DNA of 64,000 nt. Origin: Okamejei kenojei (taxonomy: Eukaryota). This document shows, in pieces, positions 26,047-38,600 of this stretch (within the stretch, counting starts at the first letter, position 1; each line of letters starts with the position of its first letter). The notes beneath the pieces are model-generated. The model was given only the letters and a program-made list of their open reading frames with translations, was not told where the DNA came from and made no database searches. A program made the position numbers and the translations under genes. The DNA lies in contig CM069142.1 of NCBI GenBank assembly GCA_035221665.1, positions 5,890,001-5,954,000 of the forward strand. The letters are read 5' to 3'.

Positions 26047-27035
26047 TTAAAGAAGGAACTGCAGATGCTGGAGAATCGAGGGTTACACAAAAAGCTGGAG
26101 AAACTCAGCGGGTGCAGCAGCATCTAAGGAGCGAAGGAGATAGGCGACGTTTCGGGTCGAGACCCTTCTTCAGACTGGTCAGGGATCAGGGAAACGAGAG
26201 ATATAGACGGTGATGTGGAGAGATAAAGAACAATGAATGAAAGATATGCAAAGCTGTTTGTGGTGTGAAAATGAGAAGCTGGTGCGACTGGGGTGGGGGA
26301 GGGAGATGGAGATAGAGGGAATGCCAGGGCCCGAGGGATGAGGGAGAGGTGGAAGGGGAGGAGACAGCAAGGGTTAACAGAATTGAGAAAATTCAATGTT
26401 CAAGCCCAGAGGATGCAGACTCCCCAAGCGGAATATGAGATGCTGTTCCTCCAACTTGCGGTGTTGCTCACTCTGGCCGTGGAGGAGGCCCAGGACCGAG
26501 AGGTCGGATACAGAATGGGAGGGAGAGTTGAAGTGCTGAGCCACCGGGAGGTCGGGTTGGTTTTTGCGGACCGAGCGGAGGTGTTCGGCGAAACGATCGC
26601 CAAGCCTCCGCTTGGTCTCGCCGATATAGATCATCTGGCACCTGGAGCAGCGGATGCAGTAGATGAGGTTGGAGGAGGTGCAGGTGAACCTCTGTCGGAC
26701 CTGGAAGGACTGCTTGGGTCCCTGAAAGGAGTGGAGGGGGGAGGTGAAGGGACAAGTGTAGCATTTCTTGTGGTCTCCCTCCCCCACCCTAGTCGCAATA
26801 GCTTCTCATTTTCACACCACAAACAGCTTACAATGGCTTGTTCCCTTTATCATCGATACTTTTTTGCATATCTTTCATTCATTGTTCTTTATCTCTCCAC
26901 ATCACCGTCTATATCTCTCGTTTCCCTGATCCCTGACCAGTCTGAAGAAGGGTCTCGACCCGAAACGTCGTCCATCTCCTTCGCTCCTTAGATGCTGCTG
27001 CACCCGATGAGTTTCTCCAGCCTTTTGTGTCTCCG
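26047..27035 (-). mobile_element. Penelope-like element with GIY-YIG fragment and inverted pLTRs
   Basis: Minus ORF CTSSNLIYCIRCSRCQMIYIGETKRRLGDRFAEH...LNIEF; ~26085-26305 is inverted relative to ~26775-27030; TSD CTGTTGAACGTTG. Confidence 0.9.
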
Positions 27036-27410
27036 CTGTTGAACGTTGATGGCCGGGAATTTCCACAGGAGATCATGGGCAAAATTATGAAGCAGTACTA
27101 ATGTTACCAAGGCCAGTGCTGATAATTGTATTACGAGGCCATCAAAAACAAATAAGCCCGTATTCTCCAGCATAGATTTCTGAGGGCAGTACAATCTTGT
27201 TTCAAAGAGTAGAAATATATTTCTGGCCTTTTTTGTTTAGTTGCTGAGACAATTTTTTTGTTATCTATTTTCATCCAAACTAAGGTAAGAGAGAGATGAT
27301 TCAGCAGTCATTCAGGAGGGAAGGGAAAATTCGCAATTCTTTTTCCACAACATTCAATATTGCCGTTGTGCACTTGAATGGCCGTGTCTGATCTCCGCCG
27401 TGATGGCTTA

Positions 27411-27579
27411 AGGATCTGGCCCACTTGGCCGTCATTTGCGCGTCACGCAAATGGCGCGCGAAGATTTTGTACGTCAATGCCTATGTCATCGCGCAGCACG
27501 TGCGTGCCAAGTCGCGTGCGCCGTGCATCGTGACACGTGAATGATGTCGCGTAAATTACGCGCAAGTGGGGCAGGCCCT
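27411..27579. mobile_element. PIF/Harbinger-like MITE
   Basis: AGGATCTGGCCCACTTG...CAAGTGGGGCAGGCCCT imperfect TIRs; TTA TSD at 27408-10 and 27580-82. Confidence 0.75.
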
Positions 27580-27687
27580 TTAGTCGTTGAATAAACTGGC
27601 ATTGTATTCGCAGCCCGAAACATCGCTTGCCCATTTCCCTCCACTCCTTGAGTTCCTGCAGCACTTTGTGTTTGGCTCAAGATTTTG

Positions 27688-27955
27688 GGCGGCGTGGTGC
27701 TCCAGCAGTAGAGTTGCTGCCTGACAGCGCCAGAGGCCCAGGTACTATGGCTGCTGTTGGTACGGAGTTTGTACATTCTCTCTGGTGATCATGTGGGGTT
27801 TCCTCCCCCACTCCAAAGATGTGCAGGCTTGTAGGTGAATTGGTTTCTGTAAATTGTCCCTAGTGTGTGCAGGATAGAATTAGTGTTTGGGTGATCGCTG
27901 GTCGCCGGGAGCTTGGTGGGCTGAAGATCTGTTTCCATGTTGTACCTCTAAACCT
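27688..27955 (+). mobile_element. tRNA-derived SINE
   Basis: GGCGGCGTGGTGC...GTAGAGTTGCTGCC head, core and tail. Confidence 0.75.
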
Positions 27956-28199
27956 AGCTGAAATGTCAGCATCCGTAGTTTCAAGGGCCTGCATTTTACT
28001 GCTCCACTGCAGAACCTCCTCAAAGAGTGGAGTTTGTGTAATTTGTGAACTTTGTGTAATTCGAGTTTCACTGCACCTTAATTGGTACACGTGACCATAA
28101 GCTGACCTTTGAACCCTTTGAACTGTGCCGACTTTGAAGAGGTTCTCCCCCTCTCTCTCTGATGGGAGTCCTGTGACTCTCACTGCTCCCCCTCTGTGA

Positions 28200-28965
28200 T
28201 TCATAGAAACATAGAAAATAGGTGCAGGAGGAGGCCATTCGGCCCTTCGAGCCAGCACAGCCATTCATTGTGATCATGGCTGATCATCCCCAATCAATAA
28301 CCCGTGCCTGCCTTCTCCCCAAATCCCTTGATTCCACCAGCCCCTAGAGCTCTATCTAACTCTCTCTTAAATCCATCCAGTGTCGGAGACACTTCATCTG
28401 GAGAGATTGAGGCTTGTCCTAATGGACAGGTTAGATCTCTTCAGAGAGATATGGTCTCCATATATTGAATATTTACAGGGTCATAATGGCTCGGTACGAG
28501 GGCTTGACTGAGGCCTGAATATTAGAATAGATGAAGAAGTATACATAATAAATCATGCCTATATCTCCAATGACGGATTAATGATTAACACTCCATTCGC
28601 TTTCATATTTTCTATATTATCTCTCTCTATCTTTTCTTACTTTATAAAAAAATTAGAAAAGTGTATAGAAGCATATAGTCTTAAATTTTAATATTAATAA
28701 TAATATTAATATTATTAATATCATGAAAGTATCTAATAATGTATTTTCATTTATGTAAAATAATGTATTTTTCATCAATATGTTTCTACAATAAAAATAT
28801 TTAACAAAAAAAACCAAAACAAAACAAAAAACAAAAAAAAAATCCATCCAGTAATTTGGCCTCCACTGCCCTCTGTGGTGGGGAATTCCACAAATTCACA
28901 ACTCTCTGGGTGCAAATGTTTTTTCTCACCTCAGTCTTAAATGCCCTCCCCTTTGTTCTAAGATT
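28200..28965 (-). mobile_element. CR1 3' end interrupted by an L1
   Basis: CATAGAAACATAGAAAATAGGTGCAGG tail; sequence resumes at 28853. Confidence 0.85.
28382..28839 (+). mobile_element. 5'-truncated L1-clade insertion (ORF2 C-terminus, AT-rich 3'UTR, poly-A)
   Basis: LHLERLRLVLMDRLDLFREIWSPYIEYL resembles fish L1 ORF2 ends; A-tail; 13-bp TSD AAATCCATCCAGT; TT/AAA site. Confidence 0.85.
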
Positions 28966-29549
28966 CCTGCTGCTCTTCAACCATGTGCTGCATTTGCCAG
29001 GCTGTGTCCCATCACTAGTCCTCTTTTCTAGCTTTGTCCCCTCTACTCCATCAACTCCATCAGTCTAAAGAGGCGTTGTCCCCACAGATGCTGCCTGCTG
29101 TTCCTCTTGCTCAAGTTGTTAGTGCCTTCACTTGACTGAATGATGGTCACCTGCTGAGGTAAAGAATGTAACTGTTGAGTATTCTCTTTGACCAGAGAAA
29201 ACAACATAATGGGACAACAGAAACTTCATCCTAATAGCAATGTTCACAGCACCTGAGCAGCTCTGTCACCACATACATGCAGCCGGATTATTTAAACTGA
29301 CTGGAAAAACGTGAGCTAAACATAATCTTAACGTGAATAAATGCTGGTGTTGTGTACACCATTCCACATCGAGCACCTCCCCTCACATCTCATACTTTGA
29401 AATCTTTTTAATTTTGGCTCCACCACAAGATCTCCTTCCCTCCTGAAGTTCAGATGTGCCCATTCTCACAGATGCTTGCTAGCTCAACCATGCTCCTCTC
29501 TGTGCTTCTGCAGAGGCTTTCGCCCCACTCTGACAGGTTTCCTGCACCT

Positions 29550-29950
29550 TCCCAGCACACCACGGGTACTGGCCTCCCCACCATCGAAGGGATCTACAGG
29601 AGGCTCTGCCTCGTAACGGCAGCCAGCATCATCAAAGACCCACGCCACCCTGGCCACGCTCTCATCTCACCACTACCCTTGTGAAGAAGGTAGAAGAGCT
29701 TGAAATCTGTGACCTCCAGGTGCAAGAACAGCTTCTCCCTAGCATCAGGGTCATGAGCACTGCCCAACACTAACTACCACCTCAGCAACTGTGTATTTGA
29801 TTGCACCACAGACTTCAGTATTGTACGCTTAAGATTACCTGGTCGTTAACTCGTTGTAGTATTGAATATTACACACTATCTGTGTGGAATTGTGCATACG
29901 GGCCTGTGAAGTTGCAGAAGGTAAGAATGTGATTATTCCATTGGTGGTAG
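29550..29950 (+). mobile_element. Rex1/Babar LINE 3' fragment
   Basis: LPTIEGIYRRLCL..AASIIKDPRHPGHALISPLP motif. Confidence 0.75.
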
Positions 29951-30739
29951 ATATGACAGCATGTCTTTATGAACTCCTTAATACATTATCATGGCATGTT
30001 TGACCCTGACATTGGATGCCTGGGCAAATGGTAGCAGGATTTTGATTCAATTTGGAAGAGAGACACACGTACATATGTGTTTAAGAAGAAACTGCAGATG
30101 CTGGAAAATCGAAGGTAGACAAAAGTGCTGGAGAAACTCAGCTCATCTGTGATGCTGCTGCACCCGCTGAGTTTCTCCAGCGCTTCTGTCTACGTGTACA
30201 CATGCACTCCTTGGACCGCAGTCACTGATGTTATGATGACAGTCTCCTAATGGCAGCAACGATCAGAAACTCTGGATATTCAGTGATGTTAATTGATAGC
30301 TGAAATGGTCATTGCAGATAGTACTTGAAGAATGCGAGGTGATCACTGACACAGCCCTGGGCAGGGTCATGGCAGGATTTTAAAACAACAGTGACATTTT
30401 TACATTTAAAATGTTAGTGAGCTGGGAATAAGAAGAAACCAATGTGCAAACCTATCATATTGATATTACACTGGCAAAATTATGTTAGATACGGTTAGTT
30501 TTGTAAAGGATAAGAAAATAAGGTGAACATTGGAATAATTGCTTCAAGACAACAGCATAAATGAGTGTGCCAGATAGCGCAAAGTAAGCTTCGGGCAATA
30601 TCAGATGTTACGAAGTGTGAGTGCACACATTATCGATAGGAAAAGACCAAGTATTATCAATTAAATCATCACATTCTCCAATTAGCTGTCAATATTGAAC
30701 TGAAATATAACCAAGGTTATTTGTTGAAAACGGCTCCAA

Positions 30740-30937
30740 TTTCAGGTAGTCCCTGCTTTCTCCTCCCCTTCCCAGCTCTCCCTCAGCCCACTGTCTCCGC
30801 CTCTTCCTTTCCTCTTCCCACCCCCCACCACCCTCACATCAGTCTGAAGAAGGGTCTCGACCCGAAACGTTGCCCATTTCCTTTGCTCCATAGATGCTGC
30901 CTCACCTGCTGAGTTTCTCCAGCACTTTTGTCTGCCT
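30740..30937 (+). mobile_element. Penelope-type tail/pLTR with minimal hammerhead motif
   Basis: CTGAAGAAGGGTCTCGACCCGAAACGTT at 30844-30871. Confidence 0.75.
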
Positions 30938-31025
30938 GTTGAAAACTACTGATGGTAAACAATGGAATCGCTAGATATTGATTGGATGGGTCGTTGATCA
31001 GGCTTTTTGCTTCCAACATTAACAG

Positions 31026-31129
31026 ATGCGGACACTATGGACCTGAATGACCCGAAGCTATGTTACATCCTGGATGGAATTCTCTTCATCTATGGCATTA
31101 TAATCACTGCTCTCTACCTTAAACTGAGG
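31026..31129 (+). CDS. CD247: CD3 zeta exon 2 (ectodomain plus transmembrane)
   Basis: AG/GT flanked, 104 nt, phase 1-0; (D)[34 protein letters not shown] aligns without gaps to human [35 protein letters not shown]. Confidence 0.97.
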
Positions 31130-31642
31130 GTAAGTTATTGGATTGAAATGCTGCCAGACATTATGAATAGCTATTCAGGTCCCTACATCATATTGGTGTG
31201 AACACAAGGAAGGGTCCTGACCTGAAACATCACCTGTTCAGGTCCCCTGAGATGCTGCGTGACCTGCTGAGTTACTCCAGCACTGTGTGCCCTTTTTTGT
31301 AAACCAGAATCTGCAGTTCCTTCTTTCCACACAAAAAAAGGGTGGTGGTTAAATGACATACACAAGGTCACTTGTGCAGCACTTTGTGTCTTCTGTTGTA
31401 TGAGAGAATTGTCTCCAACATTTCAGAGTGTGTTCTAAAGTTGGGGCTTCTTCAATTACGGATTCCAAACCAACATGTGTGCAAATATCATTCTGGAGAG
31501 TCGTGGGTGTGTGGCACTTGCCTGACTCTGCAATTCCTACCTAAAGAACCCTTCCATATCCACCACTTGTCCTGGTTAACCAAAACCACGGCTGAAATGA
31601 CTCTATGAAATGCTATAAATGACTATGAAATGCAATACATTA

Positions 31643-31955
31643 GGGCAGCACAGTGGCAGAGTTGGGACCTCACAGCACCAGAGACCCGGGTTCGATCCTG
31701 ACAGTGGGTGCTGTCTGTATGGAGTTTGTACGTTCTCCCTGTGACCGCGTGGGTTTTCTCTCCCCCCCCCCACACACTCCAAAGACCTACAACTTTGTAG
31801 GCTACATGGCTTTGGTAAAGATTGTAAATTGCATAAATATTGTAAAGATTGTAAATTGTCCCTAGCGTGTAGGATGGTGCTCTTGTACTGGAACTGCTGG
31901 TCAGTGCGGAGTCAGTAGGCCGAATGGCCTGTTTCCATGCTGTCTTTCTAAACTA
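31643..31955 (+). mobile_element. tRNA-derived SINE
   Basis: B box GGTTCGATCC, core, CTAAACTAA tail. Confidence 0.8.
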
Positions 31956-32271
31956 AGGGAGCCGTGAAGAATGGGAGGGACAGTGAGTTGCAGGAGAAAC
32001 AGGGCCCCGAGGCAGAATTGGATTCCTTGCAGTGAGAGGAGGTGGGTGTCGTGGGAGTTGGTGGAAACAAGCGTGGGTGGGTTGAGATGGGAGTGTGGTC
32101 GGCAGCCACAGTGAGAGGGGAGGGGGTACCGGTGTCGGGGAAGTGTGGGGGTGATCAGCTTGGTGTAGGGGAGAGGGTGTGGCGAATGGGCACAGAGGGG
32201 AGTGGTTAAAAATATATTCATTTCTGGCATAGAATTGAAAACTGCAAACCTTTTTCATTTTGATTTCAAAG

Positions 32272-32340
32272 CTGACCAAGGCAAAAAGCAAGTTAGAAGA
32301 TGCTGCTGCAAACCAACCAAATACGGAAGGACCATATGAG
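32272..32340 (+). CDS. CD247: CD3 zeta exon 3
   Basis: AAAG|CTG...GAG|GTATGG, 69 nt; LTKAKSKLEDAAANQPNTEGPYE supplies the first Tyr of ITAM1. Confidence 0.88.
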
Positions 32341-32492
32341 GTATGGAGTTATCCTGGGGCTCCAGACAGTCTGAAATATTCAACACTGCTCCTATTAATC
32401 CACCAAAATATTTAATTCACCTTTTAAAAAGACATTGCACGGTGATATAAGTATGCCTGTGAACCAGGTGACTTTAAAGGGGGTGCGGGAAA

Positions 32493-33045
32493 CAGAAACA
32501 TAGAAATAGGTGCAGGAAGAGGCCATTCGGCCCTTTGAGCCAGCACCGCCATTCATTGTGATCACGGCTGATCGTCCCCAATCAATAACCCGTGCCTGCC
32601 TTCTCCCCATATCCCTTGATTCCACCAGCCCCTAGAGCTCTATCTAACTCTCTCTTAAATCCATCCAGTGACTTGGCCTCCACTGACCTCTGTGGCGGGG
32701 AATTCCACAAATTCACAACTCTCTGGATGAAAACGTTTTTTCTCACCTCAGTCTTAAATGGCCACCCCTTTATTCTAAGACTGTGGCCCCTGGTTCTGGA
32801 CTCGCCCAACATTGGGAACATATTTCCTGCATCTAGCTTGTCCAGTCCTTTTATAATTTTATATGTTTCTATAAGATTTCCCCTCATCCTTCTAAACTCC
32901 AGTGAATACAAGCCTAGTGTTTTCAATCTTTCCTCATATGACAGTCCCGCCGTCCCAGGGATCAATCTCGTGAACCTACGCTGCACTGCCTCAATCACAA
33001 GGATGTCCTTCCTCAAATTAGGAGACCAAAACTGTACACAATGGC
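32493..33045 (-). mobile_element. CR1 LINE 3' fragment
   Basis: EAVQRRFTRLIPG...LGLYSLEFRRMRGNLIETYK. Confidence 0.92.
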
Positions 33046-33159
33046 ATAAATTTTACAGGGAGCATGGTAATCAATTGAGTTAGATACCGAAACGCTTGGA
33101 TTTCGCATCAATCGGAGCACATTGTCAGAGTTTAACTGCTTATAGTAAGAGAATAATAG

Positions 33160-35115
33160 AATCATAGAATAATAGAAAATAGGTGCAGGAGTAGGCCATT
33201 CGGCCCTTCGAGCCTGCACCGCCATTCAATATGATCATGGCTGATCATCCAACTCAGTATCCTGTACCTGCCTTCTCTCCATACCCCCTGATCCCTTTAG
33301 CCACAAGGGCCACATCTAACTCCCTCTTAAATATACCAATGAACTGGCCTCAACTACCTTCTGTGGCAGAGAATTCCACAGACTCACCACTCTCTGTATG
33401 AAAAAAGATCTTCTCATCTCGGTCCTAAAAGACTTCCCCCTTATCCTTAAACTGTGTGACCCCTTGTCCTGGACTTCCCCAACATCGGGAACAATCTTCC
33501 TGCATCTAGCCTGTCCAACCCCTTAAGAATTTTGTAAGCCTCTATAAGATCCCCCCTCAATCTCCTAAATTCCAGCGAGTACAAGCCAAGTCTATCCAGT
33601 CTTTCTTCATATGGAAGTCCTGCCATCCCAGGAATCAGTCTGGTGAACCTTCTCTGTACTCCCTCTATGGTAAGAATGTCTTTCCTCAGATTAGGAGACC
33701 AAAACTGTACGTAATACTCCAGGTGTTGCCTCACCAAGACCCTGTACAACTGCAGTAGAACCTCCTTGCTCTTGTACTCAAATCCTTTTGCTATGAATGC
33801 CAACATACCATTCGCTTTCTTCACAGCCTGCTGCAGCTGCATGCCTACTTTCAATGACTGGTGTACCATGACACCCAGGTCTCGTTTCATCTCCCCTTTT
33901 CCTAATTTGCCACCATTCAGATAATAATCTACCCTCCTGTTTTTGCCGCCAAAATGGATAACCTCACATTTATCCACATTATACTGCATCTGCCATGCAT
34001 TTGCCCACTCACCCAGCCTATCCAAGTCACCTTGTAGCCTCCTAGCATCCTCCTCACAGCTAACACTGGCCCCCAGCTTCGTGTCATCCGCAAACTTGGA
34101 GATGTTGCATTCAATTCCCTCATCCAAATCATTAATATATATTGTAAATAGCTGGGGTCCCAACACTGAGCCTTGCGGTACCCCACTAGTCACTGCCTGC
34201 CATTCTGAAAATGACCCGTTTACTCCTACTCTTTGCTTCCTGTTTGCCAGCCAGTTCTCTATCCACATCAATACTGAACCCCCAATACCATGTGCTTTAA
34301 GTTTGTATGCTAATCTCTTATGTGGGACCTTGTCGAAAGCCTTCTGAAAGCCCAGATATAACACATCCACTGGTTCTCCCTTATCCACTCGTTACATCCT
34401 CAAAAAATTCTAGAAGATTCGTCAGACATGATTTACCTTTCGTAAATCCATGCTGACTTTGTCCAATGATTTCACCACTTTCCAAATGTGCTGCTATCCC
34501 ATCTTTAATAACTGACTCTAGCATTTTCCCCACTACCGATGTTAGACTAATTGGTCTGTAATTCCCCGTTTTCTCTCTCCCTCCCTTTTTAAAAAGTGGG
34601 GTTACATTAGCTACCCTCCAATCCTCAGGAACTACTCCAGAATCTAAAGAGTTTTGAAAAATTATCACTAATGCATCCACTATTTCTGGGGCTACTTCCT
34701 TAAGCACTCTGGGATGCAGCCTATCTGGCCCTGGGGATTTATCAGCCTTTAATCCATTCAATTTACCTAACACCACTTCCCGGCTAATCTGGATTTCACT
34801 CAGTTCCTCCATCTCATTTGACCCCCGGTCCCCTGCTATTTCCGGCAGATTATTTATGTCTTCCTTAGTGAAGACGGAACCAAAGTAGTTATTCAATTGG
34901 TCTGCCATGTCCTTGTTCCCCATGATCAATTCACCTGTTTCTGACTGCAAGGGACCTACATTTGTTTTAACTAACCTTTTCCTCTTCACATATCTATAAA
35001 AACCTTTGCAGTCCGCTTTTATGTTTCGTGCCAGTTTTGTTTCATAATCTATTTTCCCTTTCCTAATTAAGCCCTTTGTCCTCCTCTGCTGGACTCTGAA
35101 TTTCTCCCAGTCCCC
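33160..35115 (-). mobile_element. ~2 kb CR1 LINE fragment with RT domain; frameshift near 34385
   Basis: KSPGPD, NYRPISLTSV, KAFDKVPH, SGVPQGSVLGP and KFADDTKL motifs in ORFs 34381-34989 and 33447-34388. Confidence 0.95.
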
Positions 35116-35176
35116 AGAAGATAGATTGATCCAATTATTATAGAATCTGAAAATAACAAGCTTCTAATCATTACAG

Positions 35177-35266
35177 GCGCTGCAGAAGAAGAATCAAGAA
35201 CCCTATTCAGATCTCAGGTTTAATAAACGACAGCAGGACGCAGAAGCAGCAACTGGAGGAAGGCGG
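35177..35266 (+). CDS. CD247: CD3 zeta exon 4
   Basis: TTACAG|GCG...CGG|GTAAGG, 90 nt; ALQKKNQEPYSDLRFNKRQQDAEAATGGRR completes ITAM1 YEAL-x7-YSDL. Confidence 0.92.
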
Positions 35267-35379
35267 GTAAGGTTTCACATTTCTTCCACGAAGGAATAAC
35301 GCTTTCCAAAGAAAGACATGGAATATAAATTCTATAACAGGAGCTTAATCAAAAGCGGGCTGAGGGCCCAGGGCAGTTG

Positions 35380-36035
35380 GATGTTTCCACCAGTGGGAGA
35401 GTCAAGGAACAGAGGGCTTGGCGTCAGAATAAAAGACATATCTTTAGATCGGAGATAAGGAGGAATATCTTTAGCCAGAGGGTGGTGAATCTGTGAATTC
35501 ACTGCCACAGATGGCAGTGGAGGCCATGTCTTTCGGTATTTTTAAAGCAGAGATTGGTTGGTTCTTGATTAGTGTGTATCAAAGGTTATGGGTAGAATGG
35601 GGTTAAGAATGGAGAATAGATCAGCCATGAATGGCCTAATTCTGCTCCTATGTCTTATAGAAACATATACAATTATAAAAGGACTGGACAGGCTAGATGC
35701 AGGAAAAATGTTCCCAATGTTGGGCGAGAACCAGGGGCCACAGACTTAGAATAAAGGGGAGGCCATTTAAGACTGAGGTGAGAAAAAACTTTTTCACTCA
35801 GAGAGTTGTGAATTTGTGGAATTCCCTGCCACAGAGGGCAGTGGAGGCCAAATCACTGGATGGATTTAAGAGATAGTTAGATAGAGTTCTAGGGGCTGGT
35901 GGAATCAAGGGATATGGGGAGAAGGCAAGCACGGGTTATTGATTGGGGATGATCAGCCATGATCACAATGAATGGCGGTGCTGGCTCGAAGGGCCGAATG
36001 GCCTCCTCCTGCACATATTTTCTATGTTTCTATGT
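35380..36035 (+). mobile_element. Two tandem CR1 3' fragments
   Basis: CR1 3'UTR tails ending at ~35655 and ~36033. Confidence 0.85.
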
Positions 36036-36176
36036 TATGGAGGGATCCAGGTGGATCAAGGCGGACAAAACCAATGGGTATGTGTAGGATGTGCTGGCAG
36101 ATTGAAACAGAGAATGGACCGTGAATAAAGGAGGGCAGGATTTCTTGAGAAATTGTTCCTCAGAGTGAGGAGAAGT

Positions 36177-36235
<59 letters not shown>

Positions 36236-36606
36236 CAAAAACAGAGGGCATACATTTAAAATGTGAGGTGCAAGATTTAATGGGAATCTGAGGGGTGATC
36301 TTTATCACATGGAGAGAGGTGGGGTATAAAGAATGAGCTGCCAGAGGAAGTCGTTGAGGCAGGTATAATATCAACATTGAAAAGCCACTTGGACAAAGAC
36401 ATGGATAGGAAAAGTTGAGAGGGATAAGTGCAAATGAGACTAGCTGAAGGGTCGTATGATTCTATACATGTTTTCTGAGCTGCTAAATATTTCCATCAGC
36501 TGCAGTGTTTTACTTTCGTAAAGATCTTTCTTGCCTTTATTGCAAGTAAGGGAGTACAAAACCAAAAAGCTTTGGTGCCAATATGCAGGATTTTAAGACC
36601 ACACTT

Positions 36607-37349
36607 ATAACCATATAACCATATAACAATTACAGCACGGAAACAGGCCCTCTCGGCCCTTCCAGTCCGTGCCGACCATTTGTTTTCCCCTAGTCCCATC
36701 TACCTGCACTCAGACCATACCCCTCCATTCCCTTCACGTCCATATACCTATCCACTTTACTCTTAAATGTTAAAATCGATCCTGCCTCCACCACTTCTGC
36801 TGGAAGCTCATTCCACACAGCCACCACCCTCTGAGTAAAGAAGTTCCCCCTCACGTTACCCCTAAACTTCTGTCCCTTAATTCTCATGTCATGCCCTCTT
36901 GTTTGAATCTTCCCTACCCTCAATGGGAAAAACGTATCCACGTCAACTCTGTCTATCCCTTTCATCATTTTAAAGACCTCAATCAAGTCCCCCCTTAACC
37001 TTCTGCGCTCCAAAGAATAAAGACCTAACTTGTTCAACCTTTCTCTGTAACATAGTTGCTGGAACCCTGGCAACATTCTAGTAAATCTCCTCTGTACTCT
37101 CTATTTTGTTGACATCCTTCCTATAACTAGGCGACCAAAATTGTACACCATACTCCAGAATTGGTCTTACCAATGCCTTGTACAATTTTAACATTACTTC
37201 CCTACTCCTATATTCAATGCTCTGATTTATAAAGGCCAGCACACCAAAGGCTTTCTTTACCACCCTATCTACATGCGATTCCACCTTCAGGGAACTATGC
37301 ACAGTTATTCCTAGATCCCTCTGTTCCACAGCATTCCTCAATTCCCTAC
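36607..37349 (-). mobile_element. 5'-truncated CR1, near-identical to 8322-9035
   Basis: Same translated motifs and ATAACC-type tail. Confidence 0.92.
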
Positions 37350-38069
37350 AACTTATAGAGTATTGTAAAGTCAAAATCTTGCAAACGCTGCCTTCGAAGC
37401 AGTGTGGGTTTACTAGATTGTTCCTGGGTCCGGTTTTCTTGTGAGGAAACATTTTGCTGCTTCATCTGTTTGCTCGTACGCAGAAGAATTGGAGGTGATA
37501 TTATGAAACGCAATCGAACCTAATTGTCTTGCTGCGGGAAGATGCTGAAAGAATGATGGGTCATTCTTTTTACACTTAAAACCTTGAATAGGTCAGTGTG
37601 GATACAGTTTCTTAACATTGACACAGATGTTTAAACACAAAAAGTATGAATATCACCGTAAGTCAGGCAAACTGCACATTTCTGAGCAACAATGTCTGAA
37701 CACCATATGCTGTTTTGCAGAATGTTCACTGATTTACTGATATCCACAGATACAAGGTAAATAATGCTACATGGTGACTTTTCTTTCAATTAAAATTAAA
37801 GAAAATTAAAGATTACATTAGGCAGTCCCAAACCTACACTCATGTCAACTGCGCTGGGTGTGTCCACTAACGTCAACATCAAATGTCTGGCTGCTGTGGT
37901 CATGGTTTTGAAACTTGCCTTGGAGTTCCTCCCAGTGGCTGCTTACAGAAACTGCTAGATCAGTGGCAGTGAGTGAAGCCGAGATTGTAGACATCCGTGC
38001 AAGCAGTGAGGAACAAGAACGGTGGAAGTCTTGCTTGCAGCAGCATCACACGTACATACACTTAGATAA

Positions 38070-38600
38070 CACACACACAAACATCAATGATACAAAACAT
38101 GAAAAAAACTGCAAAAGGCAAGACAGTGGTGCAAAAACACAACTAGAAATGAGTCCATGGGGGTGCAAGAGATGGTCCCTAGTGTTCTTGTCCTAAGGTA
38201 GGATTAGGTTTGGGCAAGTCAGTTCAAGAGCCTGATGGTTGTAGGATGGTTGACGGTTCTGGACCCCGGTTGACTGGGACTTCAGGCATCTGGACGTCCT
38301 GTCCTACTGTAGCAGTGAGGAGAGGGCACGGCCTGGATGATGGGATTCCCTCATGATAGATGCCGTCTTCCTGATGCCGCTGATTTTGATGGTGGGGGGG
38401 GGGGAGTCCACCCTTCTCCACAATGTCTTGTGCTCCTGTGTGTTGGAGTTGCCCGTAATAGCCCATGATGCAGCCAGTCAAGATACTTTCAACAGTGCAC
38501 CTGTAGAGGTTTGTTAGAGCATTCGGTGACATTGTCAAATCTCTTCAAAGTTCTTGGAAAGTCGACATGCTGGCGTGCCTTCATCCTGATCACATGCTGG
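38070..38600 (-). mobile_element. Rex1/Babar LINE 3' fragment
   Basis: LTNLYRCTVESILTGCI motif. Confidence 0.75.

Noticed and set aside
27241-27284. 44-nt AG/GT-flanked segment as a leader exon
   Set aside because: The frame required to join exon 2 contains TGA.
29454-29540. MLASSTMLLSVLLQRLSP as CD247 exon 1
   Set aside because: The weak donor GTTTCC is in phase 2; phase 1 is required.
31007-31201. FCER1G instead of CD247
   Set aside because: Three ITAMs and the RRGKG and YQGLS exons identify zeta.
36030-36377. Polyproline ORFs
   Set aside because: Translation of the G homopolymer.
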